Assembly (NCBI GenBank): GCA_963668175.1
Contig: OY764159.1
Location: forward strand, 3,072,001 to 3,136,000
Direction: 5' to 3'
Source: Syntrophales bacterium
Lineage (GTDB): Bacteria; Desulfobacterota; Syntrophia; Syntrophales; PHBD01
DNA: 64,000 bases
Positions 17,515-26,950 of this stretch are shown here, in pieces. The first letter of the stretch is position 1; the number at the start of each line of letters is the position of its first letter. The position numbers were made by a program, and so were the translations under genes. The notes beneath the pieces are model-generated. The model was not told the DNA's origin, did not search any database, and was given only the letters and a program-made list of their open reading frames with translations.

Positions 17515-20500
17515 TCAGAGCTTTTCAATCGTTGTTTCCGCGCCCGCCCGTTCCGGGACGCGTCCATTCCTGTACAATTCGTAATAAAGCAGCGGCACGG
17601 CGATGAGGGTCAGCACCGTCGAGGTCACGGCGCCGAACATCATGGCGATGGCGAGGCCCTGAAAAATCGGATCGAAGACCATGACGAAAGAGCCCACAAC
17701 GACCGCCGCCGCCGTGAGGACGATGGGCCGGAAGCGGACGGCCCCGGCCTTGAGAAGGGCGCTGCGAAGCTCCCCCGTATCCCGCCATTCCAGTTCGATG
17801 AAGTCCACAAGCAGGATCGAATTGCGGACGACGATTCCCGCAAGCGCAATGAATCCGATCATCGAGGTCGCCGTGAAGAAGGCCCCGAAAAGCCAGTGTC
17901 CCGGCAGAATCCCCACGAGGGTCAGGGGGATGGGGGCCATGATGACGAAGGGCGTGAGGAAGCTCCGGAACCAGGCCACGACCAGGATGTAGATGATGAC
18001 GAGGACCACGGCAAAGGCCGCGCCGAGGTCCCGGAATACCTCGTAGGTGATGTGCCATTCGCCGTCCCACTTCATGGCGTATCGGTCTTCCAGCCACGGG
18101 GCGGCGGAAAAGTACTGTTTCAGGCCGTAACCCTCGGCAAGCTTGAGCCCCGCAATCGCCTCCTTCATTTTAAGAATCGCATAAACGGGGCTCTCTTCCG
18201 TTCCGGCGACGTCGCCCGTCACATACGTGACCTTTTTCAGATTCTTGTGATAGATCGACTTCTCCTCCGTCCCCTGCCTGATGTCGACGAGTTCGCCCAG
18301 CGAGACGGCCTTTCCCGAAGGCGTCGGGACCGTAAGCGACTTGAGGGCGTTAATGTCCGCCCGCTTGTCCAGGGGCATCCGCAGGAATATCTCCACGGGC
18401 TCCTTCTCACGGTCGAAGTGTACCAGTCCGGCCGCCGCCCCCGAAAGGGCGGTCTGAAGCGTCCGGGCGATCGCCTCCGTCGTGATGCCGTTTCCAGCGG
18501 CCTTCTCCCTGTCCACCGCAAAGAAGAGCTTCCGCTGGTCCGCCTCAACCATCCAGTCCACGTCGACGACGCCGCCCGTCTTGGCGAAGATATCCCGCAC
18601 CTGACGTGCGATTTCGATCTGGCGGGACGTCTCGGGTCCGTAGATTTCCGCCACGAGCGTCGAGAGGACCGGGGGTCCCGGGGGGATTTCCGCCACCTTG
18701 AGGCGGGCGCCGTAACGGTCGCCGATATTCCTGAGTTCCGGCCGCAGGCGCTTGGCGATGTCGTGGCTCTGGGCCTTCCGGTCGCCCTTGGCCGCGAAGT
18801 TGACCTGGATATCGGCGACGCTGCCGCCCGAGCGGAGGAAGTAATGGCGCACCAGCCCGTTGAAGTTATAGGGGGAGGCCGTCCCGATATAGGCCTGGTA
18901 GTCCGTCACTTCCGGCACGGTCTTCAGGTACTCGGCCATCGCCCGTGTAACGGCCGCCGTCTCCTCCAGAGTCGAACCCTCGGGCATGTCGATAACCAAC
19001 TGGAGTTCGCTCTTGTTGTCGAAGGGCAGCATCTTCATCGTCACCGCCTTCAGGGGTACGAGAATCAGGGCTACAAGCAGAAGGCCGAGGATGACCGCAA
19101 GGGCCGTCAGGCGCTTCTTCCGGGCATCGATGAGGGGACCGAGCCATTTCTCGTAGAAGCGTGCCAGTCCCTGCCCTTCCCCGCCGTGGCCGCCGTGGCT
19201 CGCGCCCCGCAGCACGATGAAGGCCAGCCAGGGACTCACGATAAAGGCCACGAGAAGCGAGAAGAGCATGGCGGCCGACGCCCCGACGGGGATGGGCCGC
19301 ATGTACGGCCCCATGAGGCCGGAGACGAAGGCCATGGGGAGAAGCGCGGCGATGACGGTGAACGTCGCCAGGATCGTGGGGTTGCCGACCTCGTCCACGG
19401 CCCGGACCGCCGTTTCGGTATCGACCTTCCCCATGAGGAAATGGCGGTTGATGTTTTCCACGACGACGATGGCGTCGTCGACGAGGATGCCTATGGAAAA
19501 GATGAGGGCGAAAAGCGTCACGCGGTTCAGGGTGTAGCCGTAGAGGTAATTGATGAGGAGGGTGAGGGCCAGCGTGACGGGAACGGCGACGGCCACGACG
19601 ACCGACTCCCGGCGCCCCAGGGCCAGGGCGATGAGGACGATCACGGAGATCGTGGCGATGAGCATATGTTCCAGGAGCTCGTCCGATTTTTCCTTGGCCG
19701 TCTCCCCGTAGTTCCGGGTGACGGTGACCTCCACGTCTGCCGGGATGAGCCCGCCCTTGAGGGCTGCAACCTTCTTCAGGGCCTCCTCGGCCACGACGCT
19801 TGCATTCGCGCCCTTCTGTTTGGAGACGGCGATGGTCACCGCCTCGGCCTGACCGGCGGCGTCGCCCTTAAGGCCTTTCTTCGCCGCGGCGGGCCCCAGG
19901 CCCATGAAGACATAATTCGCCGCTTCCTCCGGGCCGTCGGCTACTTTTGCCACGTCCTTGAGATAGACGGGGCGTCCGCCCGAAACGGAGACGACGAGAT
20001 CCCCCACTTCCTTCGCGTCCTTGAAGAACCGGCCCGTCTCGACGATCGTCTCCCGGTTCCCCGCCGGGAAGGACCCTGAGGGCACGACAATGTTGGCCTC
20101 CCTGAGGCCGTTCATGATCTGGAAGGCCGAAAGCCCGTACGCCCGCAGGCGCTGGGGGTCCAGGACGACGCGCACCTGCCGCCGCTGGCCGCCGATGACG
20201 GAAAACTCCGAAACGTTGGCGTCCTTCTTGAGTTCGCCCGCAAGCGAAAGCGCTATCCGTCGCAGCTCGTAGCCCGTATACTGGGCCTGCCTGCTCCAGA
20301 GGGTGAGGGCCAGCACGGGGACATCGTCGATGGACTTGGGCTTCACGAAGGGCTGGGAGACGCCGGGGGGGATCAGGTCGTAATGGGACATGAGCTTGTT
20401 GTAGACCCTGACGAGGCTGTCCTCCATGTTTTCGCCCACGTAGAAACGGACGATAGTCAGGTTCCCGCCCGGCCTGGCGATGGAATAGACGTATTCTACG

Positions 20501-20745
20501 CCCTTGATTTCCCAGAGGAGCTGCTCCATGGGCACCGTCACGCGCTCCTCCACCTCCCGGGGCGTCGCCCCCGGATAGGCGACGAAGACGTCGATCATGG
20601 GGACGACGATCTGGGGTTCTTCTTCGCGGGGGGTGACGACAACGGCGAAGACGCCGAGAAGAACGGCGGCGATGACGAGAAGGGGCGTCAGCTTCGACCG
20701 GATGAAGGCGCCGGCTATTTTTCCCGAAATCCCGACTCCCTTCAT
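17515..20745 (-). CDS. RND efflux transporter permease (AcrB/CzcA family)
   Basis: 1076 aa; [35 protein letters not shown]. Confidence 0.95.
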   Translation of the reverse strand: MKGVGISGKIAGAFIRSKLTPLLVIAAVLLGVFAVVVTPREEEPQIVVPMIDVFVAYPGATPREVEERVTVPMEQLLWEIKGVEYVYSIARPGGNLTIVRFYVGENMEDSLVRVYNKLMSHYDLIPPGVSQPFVKPKSIDDVPVLALTLWSRQAQYTGYELRRIALSLAGELKKDANVSEFSVIGGQRRQVRVVLDPQRLRAYGLSAFQIMNGLREANIVVPSGSFPAGNRETIVETGRFFKDAKEVGDLVVSVSGGRPVYLKDVAKVADGPEEAANYVFMGLGPAAAKKGLKGDAAGQAEAVTIAVSKQKGANASVVAEEALKKVAALKGGLIPADVEVTVTRNYGETAKEKSDELLEHMLIATISVIVLIALALGRRESVVVAVAVPVTLALTLLINYLYGYTLNRVTLFALIFSIGILVDDAIVVVENINRHFLMGKVDTETAVRAVDEVGNPTILATFTVIAALLPMAFVSGLMGPYMRPIPVGASAAMLFSLLVAFIVSPWLAFIVLRGASHGGHGGEGQGLARFYEKWLGPLIDARKKRLTALAVILGLLLVALILVPLKAVTMKMLPFDNKSELQLVIDMPEGSTLEETAAVTRAMAEYLKTVPEVTDYQAYIGTASPYNFNGLVRHYFLRSGGSVADIQVNFAAKGDRKAQSHDIAKRLRPELRNIGDRYGARLKVAEIPPGPPVLSTLVAEIYGPETSRQIEIARQVRDIFAKTGGVVDVDWMVEADQRKLFFAVDREKAAGNGITTEAIARTLQTALSGAAAGLVHFDREKEPVEIFLRMPLDKRADINALKSLTVPTPSGKAVSLGELVDIRQGTEEKSIYHKNLKKVTYVTGDVAGTEESPVYAILKMKEAIAGLKLAEGYGLKQYFSAAPWLEDRYAMKWDGEWHITYEVFRDLGAAFAVVLVIIYILVVAWFRSFLTPFVIMAPIPLTLVGILPGHWLFGAFFTATSMIGFIALAGIVVRNSILLVDFIELEWRDTGELRSALLKAGAVRFRPIVLTAAAVVVGSFVMVFDPIFQGLAIAMMFGAVTSTVLTLIAVPLLYYELYRNGRVPERAGAETTIEKL

Positions 20746-21854
20746 CGGCCCTTCCCTCCGTCGCCGCTCCCGCCGACGATTCCGCCGTCCACGGCCTTTT
20801 CGACGCCGTCCGTCACGATCCGCTCGCCCGGATTGAGGCCGGATAAAATTTCCATGCCGCTCGGATAGACGGTACCGGTGCGGACAAGACGGTAGGTGAC
20901 GACGCCCTGGCCGTCGACGGCGTAGACGCCCGTCAACTGGCCCTTCGCGACGACCGCCTTCCCGGGTACGAGAAGGGCGTCTTTCGCGCCGAGCGTGATC
21001 CGGATGCGGGCGAAGAGACCGCTCCGCGCCTGGTCGTCCCTGATGCCGACCTTGACGATACGGGTCCGTGACAGGGGATCGACGGCGGGGAGAACTTCCC
21101 GCACCTTTCCCGAAATCCGCCGGTTGCCTTCGGCGAGCAGGATGTCGGCCGGCATGCCGGCTTTTACGCGGTTGGCGAGGCTTTCGTCCACGGCCGTCTC
21201 GACGTAGGAGGCGCCGCCGCTCTCGATGACGAAGAGGGGCATCCCGGGAGAGGCCATACTGCCCAGTTCGATGCGTTTTTCCGTGATCCTGCCGGAGACG
21301 GGGGCATGGATTTTCGTGAAGGAACGGCCCGTTTCGGCCTCCTCGGCCATGGCTCTTGCCCGCTCGTATTCCGCCTCGGCCACTTTCTTCTGCGTTTCGA
21401 CCTGGTCCATCTCCTGCTGCGACAGGGCCTTTTCGTTATAGAGGTTCCGGTAGCGCTGCCACGTGGTCTCCGCCATGGCCTTATTCTCCTTCGCTGCAGC
21501 CACGGCCATGGACGCGGCCCGGACCCTCTGTCCCGCGTCGCGGTCGTCGATAGTCAAAAGCAGCTGGCCCGCCCGGACGCTGTCACCTTCCCTCACCAGA
21601 AGGGATGTTACTGTCCCCATCGCCTTGCTCGCGACGAGGCTCGTCCGCTCGGACCGCACCGTTCCCGTGGTCTCGTAGATATCGTCCACCCGGGAGAGTT
21701 CGACGGCGGCGACGGTGACGCCCGTAATGGCGGGCCGCTTCACGTCACCCTTTTCTCCTGTCCCCTGGCAGCCCTGAGCCAGCAAGGCCAGCACAACTGC
21801 CGCAGGGAGAAAGCCGGACAACATGCTGCGAAAGCCGGTTTGTCCCTTAACCAT
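20742..21854 (-). CDS. RND periplasmic adaptor (membrane fusion protein)
   Basis: Lipoprotein-like N-terminus (AQGC), [33 protein letters not shown]. Confidence 0.92.
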   Translation of the reverse strand: MVKGQTGFRSMLSGFLPAAVVLALLAQGCQGTGEKGDVKRPAITGVTVAAVELSRVDDIYETTGTVRSERTSLVASKAMGTVTSLLVREGDSVRAGQLLLTIDDRDAGQRVRAASMAVAAAKENKAMAETTWQRYRNLYNEKALSQQEMDQVETQKKVAEAEYERARAMAEEAETGRSFTKIHAPVSGRITEKRIELGSMASPGMPLFVIESGGASYVETAVDESLANRVKAGMPADILLAEGNRRISGKVREVLPAVDPLSRTRIVKVGIRDDQARSGLFARIRITLGAKDALLVPGKAVVAKGQLTGVYAVDGQGVVTYRLVRTGTVYPSGMEILSGLNPGERIVTDGVEKAVDGGIVGGSGDGGKGR

Positions 21855-21880
21855 CGGTCTTCATATCCTCCGTTTCGCAC

Positions 21881-23245
21881 TTATTTTTCTATCTTCAGAT
21901 CGGACAGGATCGTTCCGCTCTCGTAGCTCAACGCGGCCAGGGCGGTCCTGTAGGCGTTGTCCCGTTCGACGAGACCGGCCCTTGCCTGTTCCAGGCTGGC
22001 CTGGGCGCTCAGGAGATCCGCCAGGGGCGACAGGCCGTTTTCATAACGTATCTTGAGAAGCCGTCTGCCCTCTTCGGCGGTTTTCAAGGCTTCCCGCGAA
22101 AGCTCGATATTCTTCCGGGCCTCGTCGATGTTCAGGTGGGCTTCGTAGATCCGAAAAGAGATGCCCTTCCTCATGGCGGCAAGGAATTCGTCGGCCTGCG
22201 ACGCCAGGTGTTTCGCCTTCACCCGCTCGTACTCCCGCTTCGTCCCGTCGAAGAGGTCCCAGCGGAGGAAGGTCATGACCTGCCAGTTCCGTCCCTCGGA
22301 ACCGAAGGGCTGGTTGTGGTCGTTGAACTGGTAGCTCCCGCCGATGCCCAGGTAGGGGAAATAGCCCGCTTCGGCTAGCTGGATATTTTTCTTCGCGTTT
22401 TCACCCCGAAGCTCCGCGGCCTTGAGGTCTTGGCGCGATTCGGCCGCCTTGGCATAGTAGGACAGGTCCCTGAACGGCAATTCCAGAGTGCCGTCGACGA
22501 TATCGACGGGATCGTTCGTTGCGAGAATGAGCCCCAGGCCGCGCTTGGAGAGACTCACATTCTTGTCGGCCACGATCTTTCTCTGCCGGGTTTCCGTGAG
22601 GGCGGTGGAGGCGCGGAGCACATCGGCATACTGGCTGAGGCCGTTCTTATAGCGCACCTCCGTCACCCGCAGGTGCTCCCGGGCTTCCTCGACGCCTTCC
22701 TCCGCGGCCCGCGCATAGGCCTTCGCACTGACCACTGCCAGACTCGCCCTGACGACCTGGAAAGCCACCTCTTCCTTCTTGCGTTTCAGGTCCGCCTCGG
22801 AAGCCTCCGTCTCCGTCCGGGACATGTCGAGGCCGATAAAGGCCTTTCTGATGTAAAGGGGCTGCTCGACGACCAGGGAAGACTGGTAGTCGTTGATAGC
22901 ATCCGGCTGGTTCAGGAAGTCGGGATTGAAATCCTTCTGTTCGATCCTTGCCTGGTTGAGCCTGGCCATAAAGGCCCAGCCGGGGTTCGTCGTCCGCAGA
23001 TACCGTTCCTCGAAGGATACCTTGGGAAGGAGATAGCTCCGGGCAATGCCGATGTCCTTCTCTTTCGCCAGGGCGGCGTTTTTCTGGACGTTGATTTCAT
23101 GGCTGTCCTGCAGCGCCGCCCGGACGGCATCCGCCACCGTCATCCTTCGTTCGCCGTCGCCGGCGCAAACGGCCGCGGCCTGTAATAAAAGGAAGATAAG
23201 GACCGTTCCCGTTATTCTTCCATACCGGCACACGGATTTCCTCAT
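21881..23245 (-). CDS. TolC family outer-membrane channel
   Basis: Signal peptide, YLLPKVSF and YFPYLGI repeats, RYKNGL/RYENGL; start chosen at MRKSVC. Confidence 0.9.
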   Translation of the reverse strand: MRKSVCRYGRITGTVLIFLLLQAAAVCAGDGERRMTVADAVRAALQDSHEINVQKNAALAKEKDIGIARSYLLPKVSFEERYLRTTNPGWAFMARLNQARIEQKDFNPDFLNQPDAINDYQSSLVVEQPLYIRKAFIGLDMSRTETEASEADLKRKKEEVAFQVVRASLAVVSAKAYARAAEEGVEEAREHLRVTEVRYKNGLSQYADVLRASTALTETRQRKIVADKNVSLSKRGLGLILATNDPVDIVDGTLELPFRDLSYYAKAAESRQDLKAAELRGENAKKNIQLAEAGYFPYLGIGGSYQFNDHNQPFGSEGRNWQVMTFLRWDLFDGTKREYERVKAKHLASQADEFLAAMRKGISFRIYEAHLNIDEARKNIELSREALKTAEEGRRLLKIRYENGLSPLADLLSAQASLEQARAGLVERDNAYRTALAALSYESGTILSDLKIEK

Positions 23246-23268
23246 GAACGCACCCTCCATTCGTTTCG

Positions 23269-23463
23269 TCAGCATTTTCTCGCCACACCGAGTTTTTCCA
23301 GGATATTTTCCATCAGGCACCATTTCGTGAAAGCCGACTGAAGAAGATTGAGCCCGACAAAGGCCGTAAAAAAGAGCCAATACCGGTGATGGAAATAACT
23401 CAGTGCGAGGGAGACCAGGATAAATGTCCCGGCGATGGCCCGAATCATCTCTTCCATCTTCAT
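23269..23463 (-). CDS. DUF2892 (YgaP-like) small membrane protein
   Basis: IRAIAG...FVGLNLLQSAFTKWCLM pattern. Confidence 0.85.
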   Translation of the reverse strand: MKMEEMIRAIAGTFILVSLALSYFHHRYWLFFTAFVGLNLLQSAFTKWCLMENILEKLGVARKC

Positions 23464-23872
23464 AGGTCTTTCCTCCTTTGCAGATGAGTCCTTCTCTGTG
23501 ATTCGTCCCGCCTGCGACACCGAACCTCCGCTTCATGAGGGCCGCGGACGATGCCCGTTCCAGGCTGAACCCCGTTTCCGCCCGATATAACGCCGTCAGT
23601 TATTTGCTATTCTACCATAATCATTTTCCGTCGGCAGTCAATAATTGCGAAAATAGAATTTGTATGTAAAGGATTGCCTCTCCCGGACGGTGCGACACGC
23701 CGGCGTCGGACTGAGTATGGTACGATTGCAGTTATTTCCGGAAAACGAGGAGTCCAAGCCTGTCGCCCGAATTTTATGAGCACGAAGATTTACCGGCACG
23801 GGCAACGCGGCTGACCTTGTCTTCCTGGCTCTTTCCGTTTCTTCTTGCGATCATCGGGACTTTGTGCCATCA

Positions 23873-23894
23873 TATATGTTAATTGTGACATATA
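23873..23894. promoter_or_regulatory. Candidate ModE-family operator upstream of modA
   Basis: TATATGTTA-ATTG-TGACATATA, immediately upstream of the GGGAGG RBS. Confidence 0.65.
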
Positions 23895-23913
23895 ACATCT
23901 GGGAGGTTGTATC

Positions 23914-24660
23914 ATGCTGAAACGATTCCTTGTCCTGGCCGTTCTTCTTTCTCTTGTTTTCGGCGTTCAGACGACGCCGGCCCAGGAAAAAATCCGTTGC
24001 GCCGTGGCCGCGAACTACATCCAGGCCTTCCAGGAAATTTCCGCCGCCTTCGAGGCGAAGACCGGCGTCAAGGTGGAGGGAACATTCTCGTCTTCAGGAA
24101 ATCTTTACAGCCAGATCGTGAACGGCGCCCCGTACGACCTCTTCCTGTCGGCCGACGAGGAGCGCCCCGCCCGCTTGCTGAAAGAAGGTTTTGCGGAGAG
24201 GCCCTTTGTCTACGCCCGGGGCCGCGTCGTCCTCTGGTCGGCAAAGAAGGTTTTTTGCACGAAATCCGGGTGGCAGGAAGCTCTCAGGGGAGCGGATGTC
24301 AAGAAGATCGCCCTGGCCAACCCGGTGACGGCTCCCTATGGCACCGCCGCCCAGGCGGCCATGCAGAAGACCGGCCTCTGGTCCTCTTTGAAGGATAAAT
24401 GCGTCCAGTCCCAGGATATCGCCCAGGCCTTCCAGTATGCCGCGACCCAGTCCGTGGACGCAGGCTTTTGCGCCCTCTCCTCCGCCGTCTCGCCGGAGGG
24501 ACGCAAAGGCTGTTACTACGCCGTGCCGGAGGCACCGGATATCGTCCAGTCCGCCTGCATCGTCTCCCGGACGAAGAACCGCGCCGCCGCCGAGCGCTTC
24601 GCCGCCTTCCTCCAATCCTCCGAGGCAGCCGCCGTCAAGGAAAAGCTGGGTTACAAGTGA
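23914..24660 (+). CDS. modA: Molybdate ABC transporter substrate-binding protein
   Basis: Signal peptide; AVAAN, FSSSGNLYSQIVNGAPYDLFLSAD, IALANPVTAPYG. Confidence 0.92.
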   Translation: MLKRFLVLAVLLSLVFGVQTTPAQEKIRCAVAANYIQAFQEISAAFEAKTGVKVEGTFSSSGNLYSQIVNGAPYDLFLSADEERPARLLKEGFAERPFVYARGRVVLWSAKKVFCTKSGWQEALRGADVKKIALANPVTAPYGTAAQAAMQKTGLWSSLKDKCVQSQDIAQAFQYAATQSVDAGFCALSSAVSPEGRKGCYYAVPEAPDIVQSACIVSRTKNRAAAERFAAFLQSSEAAAVKEKLGYK

Positions 24661-24700
24661 TACGCAGATTTCAGCTTTGCAGGAAATATTTTCGTTGCAT

Positions 24701-24730
24701 AAAAAAGCCAGGGCCGGAAACGGCCCTGGC
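24701..24730 (-). terminator. Rho-independent terminator of the PEP-CTERM gene
   Basis: Stem GCCAGGGCCG/CGGCCCTGGC with six T following on the minus strand. Confidence 0.75.
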
Positions 24731-24757
24731 CCATATCGGAATTCTGATTGGAAGGAT

Positions 24758-25408
24758 TCACTTCTTCAAACGTTTGCGCGACACCGCCGCACCCAGGAGA
24801 CCAGCCCCGAGAAGCAGCATCGTCGCCGGTTCGGGAACGGCCGTCGGCGGTCCCTGCAGCGTAATATTCTCGGACAGGAGCGCACCGGCTTTCCTGCCGT
24901 CCGCATTGACATAGCGTGCCTTGATGCTCGCCTGGTCCGCACCGATCAGAAGCGCACCGTTGTCCACGGTAATATCGAAGACGAATTCATAGTCGGTCCC
25001 GACACCGTTGCCCGTGGTCACGGCAACGCCTTTGCCGCCGTTGGCCAGACCGTAAGCACAGTCGAAGCCGCTGCCGCTTCCCGAACAGCCGCCGGCGTTC
25101 AGGCCGCCCGCCTCGACTCCCCAGTTGGCGACGCCGCCCGGAGCACTTACGACAACGAAGTTCTCCACCTGAGAGGCGACCTTGACCGCGATGTCGGCAA
25201 GGTACAGTCCGCCGCCGTTATACGCATTCGTATCGATATCGAGCGTAATCCGGTAAGTTTCGTGCAGAGGATCGGAATCCGCAAGGGCATATCCGTTGTA
25301 AGAGAGCGTATAAGCCGCCCCCTGGAAAGTAATCGTCTCGGCACAAGCCACGCCCGATAAAAGCAGGAATGCCAGTCCTGCCAGAAGCGTCCACCTCTTT
25401 TTCAACAT
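24758..25408 (-). CDS. PEP-CTERM sorting-domain protein
   Basis: Signal peptide; C-terminal VPEPATMLLLGAGLLGAAVSRKRLKK. Confidence 0.92.
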   Translation of the reverse strand: MLKKRWTLLAGLAFLLLSGVACAETITFQGAAYTLSYNGYALADSDPLHETYRITLDIDTNAYNGGGLYLADIAVKVASQVENFVVVSAPGGVANWGVEAGGLNAGGCSGSGSGFDCAYGLANGGKGVAVTTGNGVGTDYEFVFDITVDNGALLIGADQASIKARYVNADGRKAGALLSENITLQGPPTAVPEPATMLLLGAGLLGAAVSRKRLKK

Positions 25409-25471
25409 AATGCATCTCCTCATGGTTATATTCGGTCCGTCCACCCCGCAAACCAGACAGGCTAAAAACCA

Positions 25472-25487
25472 AGCAATTCATAGGCCA
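25472..25487 (-). promoter_or_regulatory. sigma54 promoter of the PEP-CTERM gene
   Basis: Minus strand TGGCCT-ATGAA-TTGCT, GG-N10-GC spacing; PEP-CTERM genes are typically sigma54-driven. Confidence 0.65.
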
Positions 25488-25859
25488 TAATTTCAATATC
25501 CCGATATTCCGTACTATTTTATAAAACGGATTTTTTCCTGTGTAACATATTTGTATAATTCACCAGCACAGTCAAGCAACTCAAGAGACAATATAAGCAT
25601 TATACTCATATATCGTCCTGCTGCGAGTATGACGTCAAAAATAATATATGTAGCTTCTTCGCCTCGCCTGATGCGGTTTTGCGATACTCGTCTATGCGTA
25701 TAACAAATTACCTGACATGCCGCCGGAAACCGCAGGCAAAATTTTCCGTGTCTCCTCGGTCCTTGAAAGAAACCCGCCGAAACCCGGCACCATCGACGGA
25801 CGCCGCATCTTCGGCACGATGTCGGCGCAACGCTTCCTTCTTCCCTGACACGTTGCCGC

Positions 25860-25905
25860 TTGACAGGCCTTCCCATAGGTGCTATTATTTTTTAATTAGT
25901 AACAC
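25860..25905 (+). promoter_or_regulatory. sigma70 promoter overlapped by a NikR-like operator
   Basis: TTGACA(25860)-N17-TATTAT; GTGCTA-N15-TAACAC inverted repeat at 25879-25905 covers the -10. Confidence 0.55.
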
Positions 25906-26080
25906 GACAACGCTATCTGCTTAAGCTTATGTCAAATCTAGTGCATTATTATTTCTATTGTTATTAATGTGTTATTAATATTTATCATATACGCATCGTA
26001 GCACGATTGCAATTTTAATATCTAGGAAAGGCATCGAATCGCCTGCCGTAGCCTGTGGCCGGCAGCGTTCTCTTCGATCC

Positions 26081-26758
26081 ATGAGCCCACAGCGCCTCCA
26101 TATCGCCGCTTCGTTAACCCTTCACGCCGTCTTCTTTTCCCTGATTATTCTCCTGCCGGAGACGCGCCATCAGACTATGCCCGGCATGATCCATATCCAT
26201 CTGATCGAAGCCTCTTCTTCCGCCGGTGTCAAGGATACGGCGCCTCGTCAGGCCACGCGGGCCGTGCCGCCGGTTCCCGCAAAACAGGAAGCCGCCGTTG
26301 CGCCGCCCTTGCCTGAAAATGAAATAACAGCCGCCATAAAGTCAGGGGAAACGGCAGACGCCGGCAACGCACAAAATCGACTTCCCGCGGGCAATTCCAT
26401 GGTCATCGCCGCAAAGCATACCGGCTGGGGAGATCAGGCAGGCACGGCTCCGGCGGCAAGGCATGCCGTTATCGAAACATCCTTCGGCGCAACGGGTGCA
26501 CCGGCGTTCATGCACCGGGAGTCGCCGGTTTATCCTCCGGCTGCGAGAAGGCTGGGAAAGGAAGGGAGGGTCGTCTTAAGGCTCACGATCGACAGCGAAG
26601 GCCGCCTGCAGGCCGTCGAGATCGTCGAAGACGCCGGTTACGGTTTTTCCGAGGCCGCCGTGGAGGCCGTCCGGAAATCGACGTTTGCCCCGGCCCTTCA
26701 GAACGGACAGCGGATAGCGGCCCGGGCGGTTCTGCCCGTTCGTTTCCGTCTTCAGTGA
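26081..26758 (+). CDS. tonB: Energy transducer TonB
   Basis: N-terminal TM with SLTLH; C-terminal PVYPPAARRLGKEGRVVL...VRFRLQ. Confidence 0.9.
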   Translation: MSPQRLHIAASLTLHAVFFSLIILLPETRHQTMPGMIHIHLIEASSSAGVKDTAPRQATRAVPPVPAKQEAAVAPPLPENEITAAIKSGETADAGNAQNRLPAGNSMVIAAKHTGWGDQAGTAPAARHAVIETSFGATGAPAFMHRESPVYPPAARRLGKEGRVVLRLTIDSEGRLQAVEIVEDAGYGFSEAAVEAVRKSTFAPALQNGQRIAARAVLPVRFRLQ

Positions 26759-26950
26759 AGCGGAGGATGACAAACCGCAAGGAAGGGGGGTAACACGGGC
26801 AGCAGGCAGGAAAAGGATAAGGTCGGAACAGGGAATCCTCGGCAAAGGCGTTTCCCTGCTCCGGAAGGGCAATGTTGTCAACAACATCACCTCTTGAAAG
26901 ACATCGTATCAGAAAAGGAGGTGAAAGGCAAAAAGGAAAGGAGAAAGCCG

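Noticed and set aside
25928..25945. Third ModE-like site (TATGTCA half-site)
   Set aside because: The second half (TAGTGCA) does not match TGACATA
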